DNA of 64,000 nucleotides, taken from the NCBI RefSeq assembly GCF_000150275.1, contig NW_002060954.1:1488001-1552000 (forward strand), read 5' to 3'. Under the pieces are notes generated by a model, which saw only the letters and a program-made list of their open reading frames with translations, had not been told where the DNA came from and did no database searches. This stretch comes from Trichoplax adhaerens. Its lineage: Eukaryota > Animalia > Placozoa. Positions 14,591 through 28,157 of the stretch are shown here, one piece after another (position 1 is the stretch's first letter; each line of letters begins with the position of its first letter). A program made the translations under genes and the position numbers.

Positions 14591-15127
14591 TAAATCACCT
14601 AACAATTGGAAAATGTCGGTGTAGTGAGATGTTCTACTAATATTAATATTATACGTGCTATGGTACTGAATATGTATTCTGTATAGTCAGTATGATGAAG
14701 GTTATTTATTGAAGTGGATGAAATGTAATTCAATGATAATATTCTCGGTTCTGGTTGGGTATTAGTGATTGTAATAACTACATGTGCTGTCGATAATGTT
14801 ACGTATTGGTACGTGTAATCCTGTGTGTTTTACGATGTACAGTACGCTATAATAAGGATATAACGAGAACCGGGAACATTCTAGAAGTTGAATTGCGTGA
14901 GACATTCCTGGCAATAAAGGTCTGAAACATGCCACGCGGTGTAATTTTGCAATTTCCTGCTTGGCATGATGACAACATCATCAGCTACAGCTTGGAATCT
15001 GACTAGGAAGCAAGTGGGCGCAAGTGGATACAGCAAGCCCATACAGGTCTCCCAGTCACAGCACATCACAGCACATCCAATTCGTCATTGCCGTATTACT
15101 GCGATTTTATTGATGCTAGACTACATT

Positions 15128-15480
15128 TCGTAGTACTACAGTATATGTCCACTGTAGTACTGTACTGTACTGTACTGTACACTACTGTAAACTGTACAGT
15201 CTACAGTCTACAGTACAGTACGGTGCAGAAATGCAACAGAAGGTACTGTACTGTACTGTACAGTACAGTAAAACTTCAAATCTTACAGTACTGTTCACTG
15301 AGTGTTCAGTACTGTACAGTAATCCATTCCATTTGCAAAATTAAATACTGTAATTGCTATACTGTACAGTATACTGTACCGTATGCAATACTACAGTATG
15401 CGGTAAGCACGGGTACGGTATACAGTGTACAGTACAATACAATACTGTACTTTTTCCTCTTAAATGCATTACTGTAATTG
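15128..15480. repeat. Low-complexity cluster of TACAGTA/TACTGTA/GTAC motifs
   Basis: Dense degenerate repeats such as gtactgtactgtactgtac, ctacagtctacagtacagtac and tacagtgtacagtacaatac. They produce the spurious Y/C/T/V/Q-rich ORFs 15088-15477 and 15357-15572. Similar clusters occur at 16062-16165 and 17425-17510. Confidence 0.85.
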
Positions 15481-15814
15481 TATAAAATAAAATTGAAATT
15501 GAAAAGCCTAAAAAGTCTAGACCATACTAGAAAGTAGATACTGAGTTTTGTTGTACAGTAAATTGAAGTCATTGATAATTCTACAAATAATCCAATTTTA
15601 ATTTCTATCGGCTAGATAGAGTACACCGATCGAAAGATTGCAGCCTACTGTATGCATAACATATACGCGTATCGATTGTTATATAACAAACTCTTACAAC
15701 GCTGTAGCCTAGAGACCCTTCTTTAGAGACTCTCCATGGGTCTCCACTCTCTCGTGTAGCCCTATATTAAAGGTGTGAGTTTCAATTCGAATAAAAAATC
15801 GTACTAAACATTGA

Positions 15815-16330
15815 GCACTGTAGCTTGTGCCGTGCCGTGCTGCCATCAGCACTTGGCGGTTTTATCTTGCCTTTATCAAAGTGGTTAATTAATTTAACGA
15901 ATCTAAACTTTACTTGATATCAAAGCAAAGCGCTTGCCTGTACTGCCAAGGAGTACAGTATGGATGGAATGGAACAAGATGAAGATAGAATAACCAAATA
16001 CCTTAATAATAATAATAATAATAATAACTAACTAAAAAGAATAGATTTCTAGCTTATATAGTGTACAGTGTACAGTACAGCATTATACAGTATATATACT
16101 GTACGGTTTTCTTCGTACAGTACTGTATTGTGCTGTACACATACTGTACAGTACTGCACTGTAAGCACTTGGCGCTTTTGGCTTGCCTTTATCCAAATTT
16201 GTTAACGAATCTAAACTTCACTTGGTATCAAAGCAAAGCGCTTACCTGTCAATTAGTGGCTTTGCGTGCCATGGATAACGGAATAGGCGATCCAAAGAAG
16301 GTAAAGAAATAACTAAGAATAGATTTCTAG
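15815..16330 (+). repeat. Imperfect direct duplication of the TOP1 5' UTR/first-exon region (~15815-16051 vs ~16156-16330)
   Basis: Shared blocks in the same order: gcactgta, gcacttggcg..ttgcctttatc, ttaacgaatctaaactt..acttg.tatcaaagcaaagcgctt.cctgt, atgga, aagaatagatttctag. Confidence 0.85.
16004..16027 (+). repeat. (AAT)n microsatellite
   Basis: aataataataataataataataac, inside the upstream copy of the duplicated TOP1 5' segment. Confidence 0.8.
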
Positions 16331-19300
16331 TCGTCCGGATATTACTCGAGTGAAATCGACCTGATCCAATTTCAGCTCTTAGCGTTATTGCTTTAAAGCT
16401 TTTGTTCTGTAAAATTCGATCCTGCGCCGTTTCAGATGTCTCGGTGATATACTGTAATACAAGTACCGAATCTTTTGATTTGATTTGATTTTCGACTACA
16501 CTCGTAAATTACTTTGCAAAGCACACTTGAATTAAATTCGTTATATTGTTGATAATTTTATAGACTGTATATACACTGTGCATTCTTTATGACGTAAAGT
16601 GTCATATTAGGTAGAGCTAGTAGCGCATTACTGTATTTTACTGCCAAGCTTACCAGTGACTTCATCGTGCTCCTCGAAATAGGAAATTTCGAGCTTCCTG
16701 CTGTATGTACAGCGTACAGTATACTCCACTGTTGGCTACAACTTGGATATTCGATGTATTATGTTGACTCTTTTATTCTATACTGGAATATCTTTTTATA
16801 ATACTATTTAATCCGTAGCTAAAAATTGGCTTGCACCTTGAGCATTTTAAAAATCGATAACGGTTTGATCTGACTTTGATACGACTTGAGTTTACTGTGC
16901 TTCGTTTATTTCTCTTCTTTCGATTCAATCAATAGTTGTTACAGTTTTGTAGCTCATCTGTTAACTTTGCAGCGCCTTGTACTTTACCTCTTACAGAATG
17001 GTGATTAGTGAAATATCTTGGGGGAATTTATTGAAATACTAATTTATAAGATAGTAAGAATAAGTGCTTGCATCCTAATAACTTATCTAATCCGCTACTT
17101 GATACCGAAGACTACAGAAGAGAAATAAACGCGGTACCGGCCGTGTTTTACACTCTATTTATATAAAGAAAAAACTCCATTGATCAGATTATACTGCACA
17201 TTAAAATGTGTATCGTTTGATATTTTTAGCAAGATAATACATTCATAAAAAGCTATTTTGATCATTGTAAAGTTATAGTTGATTATACAACTATTTCATC
17301 TTGGAGATTTACTGTCTCCTAATTTTTTCTTTGAGGTTGAAATGAAATGAATGGTATCGCTTCAATAATATCTTGCTGTATGCGCAAATCAAATTTTTGC
17401 AGTTGTGCAGTTTATTCGCTTTACCTACTGTACAGTACAATACTGGACAGTCGTAGCTACATTGTACTGTAGTATACAGTACTGTACAGTACGGTACTGT
17501 AACTGCAGTAAAAATGTTACCTTTGGTCTCGTTGCTACTCCATCACCGCTTGCTTACCTGTTATTAAGAATTCCTTGGAAGCAATGTGCCTAATTACTGA
17601 TTTACGCTGTACTTAATGAATGACCTATTGTAGGAGTAAGCTAATCTACCGTATCCTAGACATTGGCATTACTGTGCATTGCGTACAGAAATACACTTTT
17701 GTAATAATTGCTCGTCGCGTGATTTTTAATTTCTGCAGATAAAAATATGAAATTGCAGTGTAATACCGCTAGTATGTACCTGATAGTACAGTACAATACA
17801 GTCGATGCAGCAGTGCATAGTCGTACTCTTCCATCTTATATAAACTTCTTTTTATACTAGAACCACAGAGACTTCAGCGCTCTTCCTTTAATTTTAATTT
17901 ACTTACTTTTATTATCATTTAGTAGCCCCTAACTGAAATTGTGTAGGCTACACGATTACTATATAGCAGTACTGTCTGCGATAAAAATGCAGGATACAGG
18001 ATGAATGAATTTTAATATACCGACTACAAAATAGAATCTGATGATTCTTTGCTCTTCAGTTAGAGTGAGTCGTAACGGCAAATGGGCATAACTCCGTAAG
18101 TAATGCTCTATCAAGCAAAACTTAGTATATTTGTAATTATCTGTTAGTTATTACTGACTGCAGTCTTTAATGTAGAGTCTTTAGGCACTAGCCGATCGAG
18201 TGCCAAAATGCAGATGCTCTTCTTAAAACGTCGAATAATTGAGCTGCTAGCATTTGCAAGTATAATCTCGCCAATTGAAAGTTACTATACGAACACACCC
18301 ATGTAGTATTGATCGTCAGTGCTAATTGTTGTAAGGATCGTGATCGCCTAGAGAATTCTCCTACTGTACATGATTTTTGGGGGGCTTCCCCTACGGGAAG
18401 GAGTTACTTACTTCATCAATCAGTGCGTTATTATAACCTAAACGTTATCTACATGTCAGAAGTTTTTATTATCCCGAGCAATGACATGCCTTTCTCAATA
18501 CCCTAATTCGTATATACGAATATACATGATAGATAGGGTGATGGTACCGTCGGAAAAAGATGATATCAACTATAGTTGTACAGTAGCATAGTAGATAGCA
18601 ATGAGTTTTGCTTATAAATATTGATGGTGCTTGTTTCTCTGTTATTATAGGATTTTACAGTCAGAAGTGAAAAGTCGGAATCGAATCGACACGGTAATAG
18701 GCTAATTTACCGATTAATTAATAGCTGCGAATTTGAGTAAAATCTACGCTACTTATGGATGAAGACATCTACCATTCAGTACTGTTTACCCTAGTTGCTT
18801 GTCATACACCATGACGCCTATCATTTTGTATCCTACAGTATCATAAATATCAACCATCAGCAAGATGGCGTAAGTGCCAAATAGTCAGCACTGGCTCAGT
18901 GAGGTCATCCTTACGTTAGAGCAATTTCATAGATATTACCCAACTTACTATACTTTTAATACCTTAGCATGAATCACTCTTGCAATGCTATAAACACAAA
19001 ATGTAAGCGAAACTATACGGAAAATTATGTACAATACATGATGTCAATGATAAAATAATCACTTACATTCAGATACAACGAGTAAAAGTACACAAGTATT
19101 GCTACATTTAGTTGTTGTATCGGTTATGCTCTAGTTAAGTTAGTGCTTGCTTCTTCAATGTTCAGTAATCATTAGTTATTAATTTAAAAAAGTAGGGTAC
19201 TCGTCGTAGTGATTATTTTAATGTATAGTTACTTACGTCTAGTTTTTATGTATCTTTTAAGTTAAGTACTTTTACATCGTGACATATCGTTACAACTAAC

Positions 19301-22300
19301 ATTAAACTTTCTGGTTAAACCTAGTTATCGTTGCTTCTTACCATTACATAACTCTGGAGAATTTAACTTGATATTATTTAATCTGTGCATCGCAGTTTTT
19401 TGCACAAATTTATTTGAGATTCTAATGTTTGCAAAATTCGTATTAATTTCATTAAACTGCACGGAAAATTGAAAACTTCTGCTATAGTAGAAAAGCAAAA
19501 TATCAAGATGGAAAAGGTGAGATTGTCAACTTATCTTAAATCATTCATTTGTGAAGGAAAGAGTTCTTGAAGATATTACCTTAAAAAAAGTTGATCGTTT
19601 TAGGTCAATTTAAGGTAGATTATTTTATGTTATCTTATAACAATGATTCACTATTTGGATCGATCATCAAGTATTCAACTTGCCATTAGATAACGAAAGT
19701 TACGTTAATATGAGTATGACTAAAAAGATTTTAAAATTTTTGGAGCATCATATTGGCTTTGCATACAATTTCTATTGAATTACCATTCTTTTCTCCAATA
19801 ATCTTGCCAATGTAGCTAAATGTACATAGTATTCAGCTTTAATGAGTCAAATATCGTACTATACGTTAGTATACAATCATCTCTCAAATGTTTTTTTAAA
19901 CTTTCTATGTAGCTACTGCATGATAATAGTTTTAGTAATTTGAAAATTTCTATAATTATAAAGAGGTGATGACGATAACATGTCAACATAAGTTTGCACA
20001 TTAGAAACAGGTGTAATTTATGATATCCCGATTAGGTTCATTGTAATGTAAAATTGACCATTTCCTTTAATCTGTTACCCTAAGAATGCTTTCATTATAG
20101 CATTTCTAATACTACATATTTATATATGAACATTGCATAGAGTATATGACCTTTTAAGAGACAAAGTGTCGTACTTAAAGTATTACCATTTATTTTAGGC
20201 TGGACAGAAGCGTAAAACGGTTGTAGCCAATAATGACGACGATGATGATAAACCTTTGGTACTTGTTTGCGAAAAGTAATTACTCAAAAAGTAACTCTGA
20301 AATCTAAATATTGCCCATTGTTTTCTTGTAGTCACTTATGAAAGTTAAGATAAAAAAGGAGCCTGTTTGTCTGGACGAAGATTTACCTTTGGTAATATCA
20401 GCATTAATAAGTTATATTATTAGAGTATTGTTCATTTAATAAGTATAACTTAGCATAAATATTTTGCTACCTTTAACCTCTTTAGACAGCAATGATTGGC
20501 CAAGCAAAAGGTATATCAACTTAGAATGTAGTTTTAATTTCATGATAAAAATTAACATACCTTGGTGGCAACTTATTAGGAATAAAGCGGAAGACAACAG
20601 ATTCGGACAGAACAACGAAACCAAAAAAGACTAGTTCGGTGATAAAAAAAGAGCGTAGCGAAAGTTTAGACACACCAAAAATTAAAGCTAAAGTAAAGGC
20701 TGCTGATCCTGTTTCGAAGCGCGCTAAATCGAAGGAAAATATTAAGAAAGAATCTAAGAATACTAATAAAAAGTCCTCGTCAGGCAAGTCGGACAAGAAT
20801 GGCAAGGTGAAATTGGAAAATGATAGTAAGAAAGTTAAGAGGGTTAAAAAAGAGGTATGCGAACTCAGCCATTTAGCTTTTTAACAATTAAATTTATTGC
20901 ATAGAATGTAAGTAGTTTAACGTATACACGTCATAAATTTGTAGAAAACGACAGAAGATGAAGATGTTTGGAAATGGTGCGTGTTGAAAGCCCAGATTTC
21001 ATAAGTTATAGTTTCAAATATTAGGCTACTGAACATTGTTATTTTCTTTAAAGTTACGACTAATTGATTTGTTTAATTTTGAGATATAAGAATTAATTTT
21101 AAATTATAGGTGGGAAGAAGATACTAAGGATAATAGTGTAAAGTGGAAAACTTTAGAGCACAAGGTAATACAGTAGATGCATTAGGAGCAAATACGCATG
21201 TATTAAATTAAAATTTTAACATTTTAAAATTTTAGGGGCCTTTACTCGCTCCACCTTATGAACGATTACCTTCTAATGTTCAATTTTACTACGATGGTAT
21301 GTTTTTAATTTAGGCCATACATTTTATAAGTCTGCGTTAGGTCTAATTTCGGCTTCCTATAAATAAATATTATATGTTAGGCCAAACTTTTCCTTTGAGT
21401 GATAAAACAGAGGAAGCTGCGGGATTCTATGCCAAAATGTTAGATCATGATTACACGCAAAAGAAAATATTCAATGACAATTTTTGGACTGATTTTAGAA
21501 AGGTTAATTTCATGATTTCTATTTTGTAATATACGTATATGTTGAATATATATATATATATTACTATGTTTAGCTGTATCTTATGCAGTTAAATAGTATA
21601 AATTTTGCTACGATTTTTTTTAGGAAATGACACCTGCAGAAAAAAATCACATTAAGGTATTTTCCAAGTGCGATTTTTCTAAGATTGCAGAATATTATAA
21701 AATGAAAGCCGAAGAACGAAGGAATATGTCAAAGGAAGAAAAAAATGTATGTACATCATTGTCGATCTTTAGCATTCATACAATATTACTGTGTAGCGTC
21801 ATTGTTATCGTTTGGTGTAGCCTATAACTTTGTCTCTATGTTCTCATGTGTTCATACTATTATGTTTATAGAAACTTAAGAAAGAAAACGAAGAGTTGAT
21901 GCAAGAGTACGGTTTCTGCATTATTGATGGCCATCGGTAAGAGCCCATGCTAGGAATTTTTTAACTTCGTTATATTGTATTGTAACTTTTACTTATTTTA
22001 TTATGTGGTTTAGACAACGTGTTGGGAATTTTAAGATAGAACCTCCAGGATTATTTCGAGGAAGGGGTGATCACCCAAAGCAAGGGAAAATTAAGGTAGT
22101 TATAAGTTATGACAATTACTTTTCAATATGTTTTACTAATAAAATTGCGTTTTTGATATTCAGCGACGTATAGAAGCTAAAGATATTATCATCAATATCG
22201 GAAAGTTAGTTACGTTGATCATTTATTATATAAATTAATTATCTATGAAGCTATAAAATTAAATTAATGATGTACACCGTCGCTCTGTTCTATTGATTAC

Positions 22301-24717
22301 TCATGTCAGAGACGCTAAACTTCCAGCACCTCCTCCTGGCCAAAAATGGAAAGAAGTTCGCTATGATAACAAAGTAAGTGAAATATGATTGAAACATTTG
22401 TTTTTATATGACAGTTTATTCAATGTTATTGGTATTTATTATTATCTAGGTAACATGGCTCGCCTCTTGGACTGAAAACATTAATGGTAGCATCAAATAC
22501 ATTATGTTAAATCCAACCTCGAAAATCAAAGTATGCTTTCACGTGAATATGCTTCTATAAATTCTTAGGTAACTTTTTTTGACAATTTTCATTTGCCATT
22601 TAGGCCGAGAAAGATTACCAAAAATACGAGACTGCTAGAAAGTTAAAGGTATCTAAAACATAAATAATTACGTTAGTGCGAATCGATTATAATTGAAATC
22701 ATACGATATACGAATGCAGCGATATATAGATAAAATTCGCCAAGATTACAAAGCGGATTGGAAATCGAAGGAGATGAGGATCCGACAGAGGTTTGTGATA
22801 TGCTAACTAATATCTAAAAAATTATATTTAAATTAATAACATTAAATTATTTATCCCGGTTGTAGATCCGCTGCACTGTATTTTATAGACAGAGTAAGTA
22901 CAGCATAGTATCTAGATTACAACAGGTTACAATGATATTTAACTGATAACTGTGTACAATTATAGTTAGCTCTTCGTGCTGGACATGAAAAAGAAGAAGG
23001 CGAGTCTGCAGATACCGTTGGTTGTTGTTCCCTGCGTTACGAACATATCAGTGAGTTACGTTGATATTAACTGAGTGATCGTTATAACCCTTATACTCGT
23101 GCTTATAAGCAAACGGCATGAGCTCTATCGATGTAAGTATATTAAGAAACGCAATTTTATAGAACTACATGACCAATTGGAGGATAAAATGAATGTAGTT
23201 GAATTTGATTTTCTTGGAAAAGATTCTATTCGCTATGTAAATCAGGTTCCTGTTGAAAAGCAGGTATGGAATGGGTATTCGAACTTCGAATATGAGTACA
23301 AATACTACAGTGATTTTCTCTTTATTAACTAGGTATATAAAAATTTAAAATTATTCTGTAAAAATAAGAAAAAAGGTGATGACCTGTTTGATAGACTGTC
23401 GGTAAGCCATATCTATGTATATTAAATTACGTCATAACCGACTTAAAGTTCTCAAGAAACTTCTAAATTGCTATTACAGACAACTTCTCTTAATAAGTAT
23501 TTATCAGAATTAATGGAAGGGCTTACAGCGAAGGTACCTAAATGAATAAACAATTTTGTTATGATTATAAACGTAGTTCATCGAAAATCTCTACTGTCTA
23601 TTTTAATACATTTAGGTTTTTCGAACCTACAATGCTTCCTATACTTTGCAGGTAACTATATAACTATTTTACTCTATTGAAGTACAGTACAGCGTTAAAT
23701 TTGCGTTGCTTAATATTATAATGCAAATTGTAGGAACAACTACATCAAGTCATAGATCGTAAGTACTGTAATTTAAAATTATTTCTGGCCGGCTTGCAAA
23801 TCTTCCGATAGATGAGAATGTGATACTTACTTTTTGAACAAATATAGCTAAGATGTCGATAGAGGATAAGATCTTAATATATAATAGATCTAACAGAGCT
23901 GTTGCTATTCTGTGCAACCATCAGGTAAGGCAATTTACGTCAAAATTAACCCCGTCGAGTTTCAATTGTAATCTGAATGACATTCCTTTAACTATAGCGA
24001 ACTGTTTCGAAAACATTTGATAAGCAAATGTCTAACCTAAGGGAAAAAGTATGTAATCGTTTTTATAAACATATACGCTTAGTCTTGCTAAATTTATTTT
24101 TATGTGAATTTCACGCCTTATTATAAATTCATAACACTTTGATAGATCGAGAAGAAAGAGCAGCAATTAAAAGAAGCAAAAAAAGAAGAAAAGAGAGCAA
24201 AATCCGACTTGAAAGAGAGAAAGGATGAAAGTTCTAAGAAGTATTATTTAAACTTTGAGAAATTAAATGCCATGATATTATCTGTTACAGACATTACATT
24301 ATTGTATCTGTTTGATAGACTTTATGAAAAGAGGAAAAAGAAAACTGAAATGCTAAATAGGCAGTTGCACAAGTTAAATCTAACCGAAACAGATAAGGTA
24401 CCGGTACATTACATATTTATTCCTGAGGGTAGACAGCAATATTTAATTGCATTTATACATTAGGTTGAAAATAAGGAAGTTGCCCTTAGTACTTCAAAAT
24501 TGAATTACATGGATCCTAGAATTAGTGTGGCTTGGTAAAGCAATGAATTTTTTTACGATATATGCTAGTAACGTATATAAAACTCCATATAATTAATAAT
24601 TTATAACATTAAAGGTGCAAAAAGAACGAAGTACCAGTGGAAAAAGTTTTTAACAAAACGCAGAGAGAGAAATTTAAATGGGCTATCGAAATGGCCAGTG
24701 AAGATTATGTATTTTAA
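16271..24717 (+). CDS. TOP1: DNA topoisomerase I (type IB), multi-exon gene
   Basis: Core exons: [121 protein letters not shown], and the catalytic Tyr motif [15 protein letters not shown]. The last exon ends [18 protein letters not shown] (24715-24717). The Lys-rich N-terminus assembles in frame from small exons: 16271-16300 [10 protein letters not shown] (gccATGg, GTAAAG donor), ~18651 DFTVRSEK, ~19487 [10 protein letters not shown], ~20199 [14 protein letters not shown], ~20332, ~20486, ~20580-20854. The 5' end is less certain than the core. Confidence 0.96.
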
Positions 24718-27700
24718 TTCAAGATCATGATTAGGACGGTGATATAACCGCAATTGTACAACGATCTGGTGCGAGAAGTGTTTTTGTGTTAAGAATGGTA
24801 TAAATCGAAACGAAATCAACGGTAACATAAGCAAGTCCAATTGATTATGAGAGCGCTATTTTGCTTTTTAAATTAAATTTTACCGTTGCTACTAAGCTGT
24901 TACTATATCGTGAGCCTATAGAAAGTAAAATGAATTATATATGACCGTAAACTGTTAATGTGGATATAAGTAGTTAATATGATCCTTATGTATATTAGTG
25001 AACGACCTTAACAGTTTTTATCTATTACAATATATACAAGTCAGGTAGTGACTAATGCAAAGTAGACCCTATTCGAATTTTTTGCTGCAGTTAGCAGCTA
25101 GTCAATTAATTCTTTAATATCCATATCAAAACTGTAGCGTTTATCTTTGTGCATCATTTCTACTGCTTGTTTCATTTATTCAGAGCAATTTATACACGTG
25201 CGGTATACTGTAACTGATGCCACCAATAGATTTCATGCATTCTGAAAATTGTTACCAGTATAATGCGTATTCCCATCATTTCCCAGTTAATACCTGATAT
25301 TCAAATTTATAATCCGCTTCAGCGAACTTAAAGATAACTTTTTTTTGAACAATTGTATGTGTTTATGAACATTTACGAACATTACTGGTTTGCTATTATG
25401 TGATTATGATTGATAACCATAATTTAAGAGTTTTTAGAATAATTATAAAGATATCTGAGTACACTTACGCTTATGGATATCTTACTTTTTGTTCAACTTA
25501 TTATTAGTTATAGTATCTATTGTAGAGGAATCTTGCTTTGAGTAATGCTCGGGGATGCAGTTACTTTAACAATTTTAAGTCCTAAGGTCATAAATTGATA
25601 CGTGTCCTAAGCTCTGTACGGTGTAGTATGTAACTGCAAACTATCAAGATATAAATGTTTTAAACTTAAGTTGATTTTAACCCAAGATGAACGGAAGTCT
25701 TATACTTATACGTATGTAACGCGATGACGTAATTAGAGTATTCTATCAAATGTAAATTATTTCTAATAGTGGAACTGTCACTGTCGTTGTAGAAACACTA
25801 TAGCAACCTTAATGTATTAATACCGTTATCCAGTTATTCTTTGCAGTCAATTGTACTACTGTCGCTTTCATTAGATAAGAAGTATTTGCCTTACCAATTT
25901 ATGATGACATGGAGTGTACTCATGAAATCGTACCGTACTAAGCGGTTTTTATATATTGGATAATAAATTAGTAATGAGTATTTAGAGACAATATGTAATT
26001 TGAAAAGGCTATGAGTATGATGCCGTCATTTAAGCCTCGGGTGGTAGATTGCTTAGTAAATCTATGGGTCGTAAATACCAAATTCCATAAGAAATAGGCA
26101 GATAGAGCTTTGTAAGTTCGCTTGTGCAAATAGTCAACTAGACTTGCTAGTAACTGAGGTTATAAAGTTATATCCGTATTGATTTGTGCATGAATTACAA
26201 TACTGTAATAAATATTTGATGTTTTCATGGAAATTCAGTAGATTTTGTATCTAAGCGGCTATTTAAGCTTTTAGTAGATTAGACTGTAGTATACTGTATA
26301 TCGAATTGTCACTAAGCAACTTTCGTGATCGTACCTAAACTAGTCTATCTACTCTTATGGTTCTCAAACTAACTCCGAAGATCCTCGGTAAGGGAAAACT
26401 AACTTATTCCTATACTATTGTAATCAAGTCAAACGATAGGTTTAGGTTAATAAATATATTTATTACTTGCCCGTTTACGTTAGTACCAGTGTACTCTACG
26501 TTAGCCTCACTATCGTAAATTACTACCAGTTATACGCAAGGAGCATCAAGCTCCGTAACACGAATTTATTTGTGTACTAATATTGATAAAGCATAAGTAT
26601 GCGCAAGTATTTGACGGAAATTCATAGGATACGAAATGATACAGGTCATGCTTAAAAGAGATTTGGTCATTTTTTAGGGGGGGGGGGGTTGATATGCTTA
26701 ATAAATTATACTTTATCATAAAGAAGTATGCATAGTACAAGATGTAACGTGATCAGTAAATAACAGTCAAGGAAATGAGACCTATTCTACAGTTAAGATA
26801 GTACAGAAAGTACATGAAGCTATCTATAGTTAACCGAACCTCTGACGCCCCCTATCTATAGTGCATATCTCAGCAAAATCTTGCTACCAGCTTAAAAAGA
26901 TATTTAAAATGCAATAAATAAAAAGAGAACACATTTTTCATGCTTTTGTAATTTAAATAGACTACTACTATACTTCCTTTCCAGTATCAATTTGGTAATA
27001 AAATAGCATGCGTAGGTAGTGTAATATCTCACTGTTACCAAAATTTTTAACGTGTTATAATATTTATTTGTGAGCCAGTAAATAAACATAATATTATGGT
27101 CTATGGCTGTGCACTGTAGTTTATAAATCATTCGCTATAGATTGATTGTTAGCTTGAATTCTATTTAAAATCTAGTTAAAGCTTAAATACTCGCTCTCTC
27201 TTTATATAACTAGCTATTTAACGCTATAGGACAATATATATGATACGGCTAATACTGGAAATTAAATAATATCGGAACTATCCCAGTATCTTGATTTCTG
27301 TTTGGCGTTTATCGGATTTATAGATTGATATTCTTTTTGAATGAAAGCCTCAACTAGCCAACATTGGTTATATTCTTTGAATATAGTACAGTATGGCCAG
27401 TAAATCAAGAATTTTTAAAACATTCTTACGATGCGATATATGAATAATGTCACTATCTCAGAAACAGCAAAATGGTAATGATTTTATTACGCAAGACAGG
27501 AGATTGATTATTGCCATTTTAAATGGTATTTACATTCTAGTATTAAAAGACCGATCTCTAATTACCATATTTCAAGTATTTACGATAAACCTATGTAGTA
27601 TTGTAGTACTAGCAATATACAGAATATTTGAGGTTATAGCTAGAATGAAGACCCAAACCGTTGTTACTATATACTCTACAGCACGTATGGAGTAATGAGA

Positions 27701-28157
27701 TAGAATTAGGACAGAATGGATTGGGTTACAATATCAATTTCAAACATTCTTTGTACCATATTAACTCAATTCAGTTATTACTTATGAGCCTAGCAACAAT
27801 ACTGACAACAGTTAGAATGAAAGGATTATCTGTATGGTTAATAATAATAACATATAGCTATTAAGTTTTATTAACCTATAGCCTAACAATATACGCGTAC
27901 AATATCAATTTTAAACGTTAAAAGACTTCTTAACAGATTGATAGAAAAAATACCACACAACCCGATAAATATGAAATAAACAAGGTTCTATCTAATAAAG
28001 TTTAACTCCATTATTTGTACTGGACAATTACTTCAGTACACTATTTAGAGTAGATGTAGAAAATATCTTATAGTTTAGTCATGAAATACCAAGACTAAAT
28101 CAGTCCAGTATGCTCAGCTGCGACATAATTCTGCAAAAGTTACTAAAACTTAGAAGA

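Noticed and set aside
15088-15572. 129-aa and 71-aa Tyr/Cys/Thr/Val-rich ORFs
   Set aside because: They are simply translations of the TACAGTA/TACTGTA low-complexity cluster.
18839-18869. AG...GTAAGT-bounded candidate TOP1 micro-exon
   Set aside because: It introduces an in-frame TAA after the preceding phase-1 exon, and the gene reads through without it. It could at most be a poison exon, which I cannot support.
20436-20805. Hydrophobic minus-strand ORFs resembling membrane proteins
   Set aside because: They are antisense to the Lys-rich TOP1 N-terminal exons.
26677-26688. G homopolymer (~12 nt)
   Set aside because: An isolated mononucleotide run with no associated structure.
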